Shown: positions 11,932-20,238 of the stretch, one piece after another
Numbering within the stretch: the stretch's first letter is position 1
Layout: each line of letters starts with the position of its first letter
Source of the DNA: Actinomycetota bacterium
GTDB lineage: Bacteria > Actinomycetota > Humimicrobiia > Humimicrobiales > Humimicrobiaceae
Assembly: GCA_026392215.1 (NCBI GenBank)
Contig: JAPLCN010000121.1
Location: 1 to 57,171 of the forward strand
DNA: 57,171 nt
Reading direction: 5' to 3'
Notes under the pieces: generated by a model
What the model saw: the letters and a program-made list of their open reading frames with translations, nothing else
What the model was told of the DNA's origin: nothing
The model's database searches: none
Program-made: the position numbers and the translations under genes

Positions 11932-12849
11932 ATGTCTGAACAGGAATTTGTTTTTGGCAGTTATCCATTCCCGCCAGATAAAAAAAGACCCGTGCATATC
12001 CGGGGAGAATTAATAAAAAATTTCATTTATCCTGCTGATGTGCCTCATTTCAGTGATTTAAACCAGTTGTTTGTAAGTACGGATAAACTTACAGTAGGAA
12101 CATGGCAGTTAGGTCCGGGCGGAACATATAATCCTCCGGATTTGCATGCCGGAGATGAAGTTTATTATCTTCTTGAAGGAACTCTTACAGAGCATAATCC
12201 GGTTCTTGGAGAATTTATAAATGTCCGCAAGGGTGAAGCCCTGCTTCTTCCTGAAGGCGGATATCATAAGGGATATAATTTTAGTCAGAAAATAATGAAA
12301 GTCCTTTATATAATTGCACCTAAAATCTGGCTGGATCAGGAACCTCCAATGGATTTTGCAGGTGAAAATATGAAAATGTATAAAGGGAAATACAACTCAA
12401 GGCTTAAAAATTATCCCCAATTCCCCCAGTGGAATGTTCATGGAACTACTGACGATATTGGCAGGTGGCCGGTTCCGGGGCCAGATTGCAGAAAAGATCC
12501 TATTCTTTTCTATCACATAACCGAAGAAAAAAAGCTTTTAAATGTGCACGGTACCCAATATCCAATGCTGATTAAATTTTTTGTCAGTAATGATCTCTGT
12601 CACATGGGAGAATTTATACTTCCTACCGGGGGGACAGGGTCAAGAGCTTCGGAACCTGATTCACATAAAGGTGATTGCTGTTTAAATGTTGAAATTGGTC
12701 CGATAACTATATTTTTAACAGAAACAAAACAAGCTTATGATGTTCAGGAAGGAGAAGCATTTTTTATTCCAGAAGGAGTAAGCTATCAGTTAATTAATTA
12801 CACCGATCACATGGTAAAAATGATCTTTTCCATAGCACCTGATATGTAA
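11932..12849 (+). CDS. Bicupin-domain protein
   Basis: 305 aa, with SD AAAGGAG. Two cupin-like segments: GGTYNPPDLHAGDEVYYLLEG...LLPEGGYH and SEPDSHKGDCCLNV...FFIPEGVSYQ. Confidence 0.6.
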   Translation: MSEQEFVFGSYPFPPDKKRPVHIRGELIKNFIYPADVPHFSDLNQLFVSTDKLTVGTWQLGPGGTYNPPDLHAGDEVYYLLEGTLTEHNPVLGEFINVRKGEALLLPEGGYHKGYNFSQKIMKVLYIIAPKIWLDQEPPMDFAGENMKMYKGKYNSRLKNYPQFPQWNVHGTTDDIGRWPVPGPDCRKDPILFYHITEEKKLLNVHGTQYPMLIKFFVSNDLCHMGEFILPTGGTGSRASEPDSHKGDCCLNVEIGPITIFLTETKQAYDVQEGEAFFIPEGVSYQLINYTDHMVKMIFSIAPDM

Positions 12850-12909
12850 ACAATTTAAGAGGCCAGGTTATAAGTAACTTTAATAAAAAAATTAAAATAA
12901 TAGGGTTTA

Positions 12910-13935
12910 ATGGAAGAAAAAATAGATATATATTTCATATCAAAAAAAGCCAAGGTTTCTCCTGCAACTGTATCAAGAGTATTTAACAGGAGTGAGCTGG
13001 TAAGCGAAAAAACAAGAAAAAAAATTCAGGAAGTTTGTGAAAAATATGATTACAAACCAAGCATTGTTGCCAGTTCAATGCGGACCAATAAAACAAAATA
13101 TATCGGTTTTGTTATTCCAAATATGACCAATCCCTTTTTTTTTGAACTGTTAAGAGGTGCTGAAGAATATGCAAGCAAAAAAGACTATTACCTTGTTGTT
13201 TTTAATTCAGAAAACAATTATGAAAAGGAACTGGTTTTTCTTGATGCTATTTTTAAAAGAAGAATTGATGGAATAATTATTTCAGGAATAGCCGGAGGCA
13301 AGAAAGATAATTTTTTTACCAGAGAGATTTTAAAGAAAAAATTGCCGTGTGTTTTAGTGGACAGATATGTTGAAGGATTAGATATTCCCAGTGTTATTAC
13401 AAACAATGTTAAAGGTGGGATACTGGCCGCTGATTATCTTCTGAAAATCAACAATAAAAGAATAGGCATAATTACTTTTGAACTCAAAATAAAAATTATT
13501 AAAGACAGGTATAATGGTTTTAAAAGAATTTTAGAGCAAAACGGGCTACTGGAGAATTTTCTGATTGAGATACCGGTTGATTCAAAAAACATTCTGGAAG
13601 AACTGGCAAGAAACAGGGATAAGATCCTGAAAAGTAAAGTTGATGCGATATTTTGTTTAAGTGATTTCATCGCCATATATTTAATGGAATTTTTAAGAAA
13701 TTCAGACATAAAGATTCCTGAAGATTTATCAGTAATAGGCTTTGATAATATAACTTATTCACAATTTGTAAGCCCGAAACTTACCACCATTGCTCAGGAT
13801 ATTTATAAAATGGGCAACTTATCTTGTGAGATGCTATTAAATAATATAAGTGAAAACAATAATAAAAATATTAAATTAAAAAATAAAATATTGGAACCCA
13901 AATTAATTATAAGAGAATCGTGTGCAGTTAGATAA
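12910..13935 (+). CDS. LacI-family transcriptional regulator
   Basis: N-terminal HTH IYFISKKAKVSPATVSRVFNRSELVSEKTRKKI plus a periplasmic-binding-protein-like core (FCLSDFIAI, VIGFDN). Confidence 0.9.
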   Translation: MEEKIDIYFISKKAKVSPATVSRVFNRSELVSEKTRKKIQEVCEKYDYKPSIVASSMRTNKTKYIGFVIPNMTNPFFFELLRGAEEYASKKDYYLVVFNSENNYEKELVFLDAIFKRRIDGIIISGIAGGKKDNFFTREILKKKLPCVLVDRYVEGLDIPSVITNNVKGGILAADYLLKINNKRIGIITFELKIKIIKDRYNGFKRILEQNGLLENFLIEIPVDSKNILEELARNRDKILKSKVDAIFCLSDFIAIYLMEFLRNSDIKIPEDLSVIGFDNITYSQFVSPKLTTIAQDIYKMGNLSCEMLLNNISENNNKNIKLKNKILEPKLIIRESCAVR

Positions 13936-13953
13936 AATTATCAGAATTTTCCA

Positions 13954-13983
13954 TTGACAAAAATTTAAGATATTGTTTATAAT
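13954..13983 (+). promoter_or_regulatory. Candidate sigma-70 promoter of the CUT2 ABC operon
   Basis: TTGACA (13954-13959), 18-nt spacer, TATAAT (13978-13983). Confidence 0.5.
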
Positions 13984-14000
13984 TGCTAATATATTAATGG

Positions 14001-14024
14001 AACTGGTTACAGAAACCAGTTACA
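14001..14024. promoter_or_regulatory. Candidate LacI-type operator: inverted repeat AACTGGTT-acaga-AACCAGTT
   Basis: The 8-bp arms lie 18-38 nt downstream of the -10 box. GAAACCAGTTACA (14012-14024) recurs exactly on the opposite strand at 21736-21748, in the next LacI promoter region. Confidence 0.45.
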
Positions 14025-14175
14025 TTTGTTTTTTTAAAGAGACTTTATTTTTTAATAATAAAAGATTTGGAACTTATTATTTTTAAAACTTTTTTAGTAC
14101 TTTTGTTATAGAGGTTTTTGGCTAGAACATAAGCCTTTATTCAAATTATTTGATTGAAAAATAGCGAGGTGCCAA

Positions 14176-15678
14176 TTGCCGGAAAATGATTATTTATTAG
14201 AGATGAATAATATTTCAAAAGAGTTTCCAGGAGTTAGAGCTTTAGACAATGTCAGCTTAAAGTTAAGAAAAGGTGAAGTTTTTGCGCTTGTCGGTGAAAA
14301 TGGAGCCGGTAAATCAACTATTATTAAAATTCTTTCAGGTTTTTATTCCAATGATGCAGGTGAAATAAGGCTTAATGGTGAAAAAGTAAACATTAGAAAC
14401 CCGAAAAATGCCATAGATTTGGGAATTAATACAATTTATCAGGAAACTTCACTGGTACCGGAAATAACAGTTGCAGAAAATATTTTTCTTGGAAAGCAGC
14501 CTGTATCAAAATTGGGAAAAATAAACTGGAAAAAAATGAACAATGAATCTGAAAGAATTTTGAAAGATTTATCCATCCATTTAAATCCGAAAGCACTTGT
14601 CAGTGAGCTTTCTGCAGCTCAATGTCAGCTTGTTGAAATTGCAAAAGCATTTTCGAGCTCTGCAAAAATAATAATAATGGATGAACCGACTTCTGCAATT
14701 ACAGAGGAAGATACTATCAATCTTTTTAATTTAATTAAGACGATTAAAAAGTCCGGAAATTCGGTAATATATATTTCGCACAGATTAAAAGAGATTTTTG
14801 AAATTGCAGATTATGTCATGGTTTTAAGAGACGGTAAAGCTGCCAAATACTTGAAAGTAAGTGAAACTAATGAAGATGAGATTATAAAGTACATGGTTGG
14901 AAGAGATTTGGGAGATATATTTGGTGAAAAAAGTTATGAATCAAAAGATAATGTGGTTTTGGAAGTAGGGAATTTAACAAAAAATGGTAAATTTGAGAAT
15001 ATAAGTTTTAACTTAAAAGAAGGAGAAATTCTGGGTTTATCCGGGTTGATTGGAGCCGGAAGAAGCGAGGTTGTAAGAGCAATTTATGGTCTGGACAGAC
15101 CGGATAGTGGTTTTATCCATATTGGCGGTAAGAAAGTAACAATAAAAAGTTCAGCAGACGGCATTAAGCATGGGATTACATTTGTTTCCGAGGACAGAAG
15201 GACAGAAAGCATTATCCAGAGGTTTACTGTTAAAGCTAATATTACAATTTTATTACTGAAATTAATAGTTTCGAAATTAGGGATAATAAGCAATAAAAAA
15301 GAGAATGAGCTCTCGGCAAAATATGTAAGAAAGTTTAATATTAGAACTCCTTCTTTAGAACAACTGGCTATGAATCTTAGTGGCGGAAATCAACAGAAAG
15401 TAGCTCTTGCCAAATGCTTGTCTACAAGTCCTAAAATCTTAATTTTAGACGAACCTACAAAAGGTATCGATGTTGGTGCAAAAAAGGAAATTCATAGCTT
15501 GATAAAAGAACTTGCTAATGAAGGCATGTCAATAATATTAGTCTCTTCTGAACTTCCGGAAATTATCGGTATGTGTCACAGGGTTATTGTAATAAGGGAA
15601 GGCAAGTTAATGAAAATATTTAATAAAAATGAACTTAATGAAGAAAGTTTAATGGCTGCAGCTGTTGGTAACATTTAA
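14176..15678 (+). CDS. Sugar ABC transporter ATP-binding protein, duplicated ATPase (RbsA/MglA-type, CUT2)
   Basis: 500 aa with two ABC cassettes: GENGAGKST / LSAAQCQ...IIIMDEPT and LSGGNQQK...ILILDEPT. TTG start after GAGGTG. Confidence 0.9.
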   Translation: MPENDYLLEMNNISKEFPGVRALDNVSLKLRKGEVFALVGENGAGKSTIIKILSGFYSNDAGEIRLNGEKVNIRNPKNAIDLGINTIYQETSLVPEITVAENIFLGKQPVSKLGKINWKKMNNESERILKDLSIHLNPKALVSELSAAQCQLVEIAKAFSSSAKIIIMDEPTSAITEEDTINLFNLIKTIKKSGNSVIYISHRLKEIFEIADYVMVLRDGKAAKYLKVSETNEDEIIKYMVGRDLGDIFGEKSYESKDNVVLEVGNLTKNGKFENISFNLKEGEILGLSGLIGAGRSEVVRAIYGLDRPDSGFIHIGGKKVTIKSSADGIKHGITFVSEDRRTESIIQRFTVKANITILLLKLIVSKLGIISNKKENELSAKYVRKFNIRTPSLEQLAMNLSGGNQQKVALAKCLSTSPKILILDEPTKGIDVGAKKEIHSLIKELANEGMSIILVSSELPEIIGMCHRVIVIREGKLMKIFNKNELNEESLMAAAVGNI

Positions 15679-15691
15679 TAAAAGGGAAAAT

Positions 15692-16672
15692 ATGGATGAA
15701 ATAGCAGAAAATAAAAAAAGCTCGAATTTCTCAAAAGGATTAAAAAGATTTTTTTATGACCAAACCATCCTGGTAATTTTTATTGTACTTGTAATAATAA
15801 TTTCTATCGCATCTCCAAATTTTCTAAGAATAAGCAATATCTTTAATATTTTAAGGCAGGTAACAGTTTTAGGGATAATGGCTTGCGGGATGACAATAGT
15901 TGTTATTGGCAAAGGTATAGACCTTTCTTCTGCCTCAATTTTAGCTTTGGCTGCTGTAGTAAATGTTATGCTTCAGCAATTTGGTTACTGGCCGGCAGCT
16001 CTAGCAGGTGTTTCAGTCGCTATTGCATGCGGATTTGTTAATGGTTTTTTAATCGGTAGAATAAAAGCAAATTTTGTTATTGTAACATTAGGCACTCAAA
16101 TACTGTTTACATCAATTGCTTTAATAATTTCTCAAGGCAGGAATTTAAGTTCAAGACCTGAAAAAATATTCAGCTATATAGCTGACGAAAGCATATTAGG
16201 AGTTCCTGTTATTGCATGGTTTCTATTATTAATAATGGTTGTTGCCGGAATTTTACTTCAAAAAACAAGTTCAGGAAGAAGATTATACGCAACCGGATTA
16301 AATGATAAGGCTGCACTTGTTGCAGGGATAAATGTTTCAAATATAGTAATGAGCACTTATGTTATTAATGGATTATTGGTAGGTATAGCTTCGGTGGTTT
16401 TATGTTCAAGGTTGCCTCGAATACGAGTTGGTACAGCAGCAGATTATTTATTTGATGTAATTACTATAGTTGTTTTAGGTGGGACGTCTCTATCGGGCGG
16501 TATTGGTAACATTTACAAAACTGCTATAGGATTACTATTATTTGCAGTAATAAATAACGCAATGGCTCTGTTAACTGTTCCATATGAATTTCAGCAATTG
16601 ACAAGAGGTATAATTCTGATTATTGCTGTACTTTACGATGAATTCAATAGGAGAAAGAGGGCACTATATTGA
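15692..16672 (+). CDS. Sugar ABC transporter permease (RbsC-like)
   Basis: Polytopic membrane protein of the BPD-2 family (GIDLSSASILALAA, GGTSLSGGIG). ATG 15692 follows AAGGGAA. The ORF track opens at TTG 15665. Confidence 0.85.
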   Translation: MDEIAENKKSSNFSKGLKRFFYDQTILVIFIVLVIIISIASPNFLRISNIFNILRQVTVLGIMACGMTIVVIGKGIDLSSASILALAAVVNVMLQQFGYWPAALAGVSVAIACGFVNGFLIGRIKANFVIVTLGTQILFTSIALIISQGRNLSSRPEKIFSYIADESILGVPVIAWFLLLIMVVAGILLQKTSSGRRLYATGLNDKAALVAGINVSNIVMSTYVINGLLVGIASVVLCSRLPRIRVGTAADYLFDVITIVVLGGTSLSGGIGNIYKTAIGLLLFAVINNAMALLTVPYEFQQLTRGIILIIAVLYDEFNRRKRALY

Positions 16673-17625
16673 AATCCAATAAAGATAAAATTCTTAATTT
16701 TTTTATTAATCAGAAGCTATTATTTATCATTATTGCTCTTATAATTATTTTAACAGCAAAGGACAAAAGCTTTTTTACTGTAAAAAGCCTTGTTAGCATA
16801 TTAGACCACGTAACTATCCAGGGAATAATGGCAGCAGGAATGACAATATTGCTAATAAGCGGATCTTTTGATTTATCAGTTGGATCTGTGCTTGCTATGT
16901 CCGGAATTGCTACAATAATGCTTCAAAGATATGGGATGCTCGTATCAATTTCAGGAGGACTTTTAACCGGAGTTGTTATTGGTGCAATAAACGGAGCTCT
17001 AGTTGTAAAAGGGAAAATAAATGCTTTTATTGCTACCTTGGGTACATTTATTATTTTTAGAGGTTTAGGATTAGGTTTAACCCATGGGCCAATAAAAGGT
17101 ACTATTGAGAATTTCCCGAAAATCGCTCAAGGTAGTTTATTTGGAATTCCCAATAATATATTTTTTCTGGCAATTACTTATTTGGTGGTATGGTATGTTT
17201 TAAAATATACTAAATTCGGCAGAAATGACTATGCCATAGGAAGTAATCCGCTTTCAGCAAGAACTGCAGGAATAAATGTTAATCTTAATACATTTTTTTA
17301 TTTTGTTGCATGTTCTTTTGCGGCTGCAGTTGCCGGAGTGCTTCTTTCATCCAAAGTAAACACAGGGAATCCAGTTTTTGGTGATAATGTCCCCATGCTT
17401 GTAATTGCTGCGGCAGTATTGGGAGGAACTAGTTTATTTGGTGGCAAAGGTGGCGTCATAGGTACAATCCAGGGTGTAATTATATTAGGTTTGGTAGAAA
17501 GAGCCATGGTTATATTTAATGTAGATACTAATTATCAACTTCTTGTTAGAGGGTCAATATTATTAGCGGTAATAATTACTGATGCAGTAACTTCAAACAG
17601 GCAACGTAAATTATTAACTGCTTAA
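16669..17625 (+). CDS. Sugar ABC transporter permease (RbsC-like, second copy)
   Basis: Paralog of the previous gene (SFDLSVGSVLAMSG, GGTSLFGGKGG). Its TTG start overlaps the upstream TGA (ATATTGA). Confidence 0.85.
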   Translation: MKSNKDKILNFFINQKLLFIIIALIIILTAKDKSFFTVKSLVSILDHVTIQGIMAAGMTILLISGSFDLSVGSVLAMSGIATIMLQRYGMLVSISGGLLTGVVIGAINGALVVKGKINAFIATLGTFIIFRGLGLGLTHGPIKGTIENFPKIAQGSLFGIPNNIFFLAITYLVVWYVLKYTKFGRNDYAIGSNPLSARTAGINVNLNTFFYFVACSFAAAVAGVLLSSKVNTGNPVFGDNVPMLVIAAAVLGGTSLFGGKGGVIGTIQGVIILGLVERAMVIFNVDTNYQLLVRGSILLAVIITDAVTSNRQRKLLTA

Positions 17626-17694
17626 TGAGGGGGTGGTTGAAGAAATATTTATAATTTATTTTTTAAATAAACACAAAACAAGAAAGGAAGAAAA

Positions 17695-18741
17695 ATGTTT
17701 AAAAAAGTAACAACAGTACTATTAATTGCAGTATTTGCAGTTTCACTCGTTTTAGTAGGTGCTGGCTGTAAAGCAGCAACCACTGCAACTACAGCTGCTG
17801 CTGAAACAACTGCTGTAGCTAAAAAAATCACAGTTGGTTTTTCACTGCCGTTTATTGAGGATAGTCCATATTGCTTTCCTTATGCAACTGCGTTAAAGAA
17901 AGAAGCTGCAGCAAGAGGTTGGGAATTAGTTATGACTGATGCAAAAGGTGATGTTAATACCCAGGCTAACCAGATAGAAGATATGGTTTCTAAAGGACTG
18001 GACGGATTAATGATCATGCCTGTTGACGCTAAAGGGATTGTTGCAGTAATTCAGAAAGTTGGAAAAGAAACCGGAGGTAAATTACCTATAATTACTTCTA
18101 ACGTTATGACAGACCCTTCTGAACTTCCGGAACTAAAGGGTTTTACTGGTCCCAACAGTTATCTTGAAGGCAAACTCATGGGTGCAACATATATTAAAAT
18201 ACTTAAGGATAAAGGTTTAGCAACAGTTAATTATGCTGAAATGACCGGTACAGCAGGTTATTCAGCTGCTATTGATCGTGAAAAAGGTTTTGACGATGCT
18301 CTTAAAGAAGCTAATGCTACAGATATGTTCGTCAGATTAGACTTACAACCTGGTGACTGGTCACCTGATAAGGGCCAGACAATTACTGAAAACTGGTTAA
18401 CTACATTTGGTGATAAATTACAATTAATTTATTCTCATAATGATGGTATGGCAATTGGTATTGTAAAAGCATTGAAAAATGCTGGCAAAAAACCTGGAGA
18501 TATTCTAACAAATGGTTGCGATGGCCAGACTGAAGCAGTTCAAAATGTTATTGACGGCTGGATGACATTTACAGTATTTCAATCACCAGCAGAAGATGCT
18601 GCAACTTCAATGAGAACCATGGAAAAAATACTTAAAGGTGAAAAAACAGAGTACTTTGTTTACATGGATACTCCTATAATTGATGCATCAAATGCTAAAG
18701 AATATTTACCAAAGGTTACGGAAATCTGGAGTGGAAAATAA
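17695..18741 (+). CDS. Sugar ABC substrate-binding lipoprotein (RbsB-like, CUT2)
   Basis: Signal peptide with lipobox LVGAGC (Cys25) and a Thr/Ala-rich linker (KAATTATTAAAETTAVA). Periplasmic-binding fold type I. SD GAAAGGAAG. Confidence 0.85.
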   Translation: MFKKVTTVLLIAVFAVSLVLVGAGCKAATTATTAAAETTAVAKKITVGFSLPFIEDSPYCFPYATALKKEAAARGWELVMTDAKGDVNTQANQIEDMVSKGLDGLMIMPVDAKGIVAVIQKVGKETGGKLPIITSNVMTDPSELPELKGFTGPNSYLEGKLMGATYIKILKDKGLATVNYAEMTGTAGYSAAIDREKGFDDALKEANATDMFVRLDLQPGDWSPDKGQTITENWLTTFGDKLQLIYSHNDGMAIGIVKALKNAGKKPGDILTNGCDGQTEAVQNVIDGWMTFTVFQSPAEDAATSMRTMEKILKGEKTEYFVYMDTPIIDASNAKEYLPKVTEIWSGK

Positions 18742-18794
18742 TTCTTAAGAAAGTTATTTTTTACTTTGTTTGATTGAGGATTGAGGTTTTAATT

Positions 18795-18829
18795 ATATGG
18801 CCTAATACAAAAACAGTATTAGGCCATAT
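18795..18829 (+). terminator. Strong intercistronic hairpin after the SBP gene (partial terminator or mRNA stabiliser)
   Basis: Perfect 14-bp stem: ATATGGCCTAATAC (18795-18808) pairs with GTATTAGGCCATAT (18816-18829), loop AAAAACA. The downstream T-tract is weak. Confidence 0.6.
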
Positions 18830-18863
18830 TCAATATACCATTGTTATGTCTGGAGGAAGTCAG

Positions 18864-20180
18864 ATGGTATTAAATGCAACAGGTGTTTGGACTGAAGTTA
18901 ATTATGGAGATGCTCCAAAATATGTGGCTCCAAAAAATAACGAAATAGTTATTGAGAAAAAAGATAGAGAAATACTTAAAAAGTTAGCACTTAAAATCTT
19001 AAATATTGCACAAAAAGATATAGAAAAAGAAAAAAAAGATTTATGGTATGCGCATAATTCCTTAAAGGATGTAAGGCCGTTAATATTAACTGATGTTGAA
19101 AATGGCTGGAACGAAATAATAACAGAGAGAGATTTAGAGTGCAGCGGCAGTCTTGCCCGCAGGTGGGAAGTTGTATTAAGAAAAGAAATATTCTGGGGTA
19201 ATTCCATTAAAGATGACAAACCAGTAGAGCCAATATTTGAATTAGGCTATACATATAAAGAAAGCAGCCTGGGTGTAAGTGAAGAATATCATGGCGGTAA
19301 AAGTGGAGGATCTTATACGTGGAGTGCTCCAATTAAAAATTTGGATGATTTAAGCAAGCTTCATTTTTCAAATATTAAAATTGACTATAAAACAACATTA
19401 CATGCATTCAGTATTGCAAATGATATTTTTAAGGATATTTTAAATGTAAGAATTAGAAATCCATGGTGGTGGAGCTGGGGGTTAACTTATGATGCAGTCA
19501 AGCTTATCGGATTGCAGAATTTATTGATATATTTCTACGATAATCCTGAGTTGCTACATAAAGTAATGAAATTTATCAGAGATAATGGTTTAAATAAACT
19601 GGATTTTCTGGAAAAAAGCCATTTATTATCTTTAAATAATAATTCATCTTATGTTGGTTCCGGCGGAACAGGTTATAGCAGAGAATTGCCAAAAGAAGAT
19701 ATTTTTACAAGTGGAATAAAAACGGGAGACTTATGGGGTTTTTGTGAAAGCCAGGAGACAGGACAAGTCTCACCTCAAATGTTTGAAGAGTTTGTTTTTC
19801 AATATCAATTACCTTTCCTGAAAAGATTCGGTCTTAATTGCTATGGGTGCTGCGAACCGCTAGATAAAAGGTGGCACATAGTAAAAAAAGCCCCAAATTT
19901 AAGGAGAGTGTCGGTTTCAGCATGGGCTGATCCTATAAAAATGGCTGAATTTTTAGCAAATAAATATGTATATTCATATAAGCCAAATCCAGCTGAACTG
20001 GCAGTTCCTGATATAAATGAAGATAGCATTAGATCAAAAATTAAGAATATATTAAATATTACTAAAGGATGTGTTCTTGAAATTATCATGAAGGATAACC
20101 ACACTTTAGGTAAAAATCCAAAAAATATAATAAATTGGACCAGAATAGTACGGGAAGAAATAAACAAACTTTATAGTTAA
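18864..20180 (+). CDS. Conserved hypothetical enzyme, distantly UroD-superfamily-like
   Basis: ATG 18864 lies 6 nt after GGAGGA. The tracked upstream extension (18774-18863) contains the hairpin. The segment VSPQMFEEFVFQYQLPFLKRF...CYGCCEPL resembles the UroD/MtaA core (SPxxFxEFxxPY). Function is uncertain. Confidence 0.45.
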   Translation: MVLNATGVWTEVNYGDAPKYVAPKNNEIVIEKKDREILKKLALKILNIAQKDIEKEKKDLWYAHNSLKDVRPLILTDVENGWNEIITERDLECSGSLARRWEVVLRKEIFWGNSIKDDKPVEPIFELGYTYKESSLGVSEEYHGGKSGGSYTWSAPIKNLDDLSKLHFSNIKIDYKTTLHAFSIANDIFKDILNVRIRNPWWWSWGLTYDAVKLIGLQNLLIYFYDNPELLHKVMKFIRDNGLNKLDFLEKSHLLSLNNNSSYVGSGGTGYSRELPKEDIFTSGIKTGDLWGFCESQETGQVSPQMFEEFVFQYQLPFLKRFGLNCYGCCEPLDKRWHIVKKAPNLRRVSVSAWADPIKMAEFLANKYVYSYKPNPAELAVPDINEDSIRSKIKNILNITKGCVLEIIMKDNHTLGKNPKNIINWTRIVREEINKLYS

Positions 20181-20238
20181 AATATTAAATTTTTTAAATT
20201 ATATTTTAATAAATTTAATAAACAAGAAAGGAAAGTAA

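Noticed and set aside
18774-18863. N-terminal extension of ORF 18774-20180 as given in the track
   Set aside because: The extension spans a perfect 14-bp hairpin and has no SD. ATG 18864 lies 6 nt after GGAGGA, so the shorter CDS is preferred.
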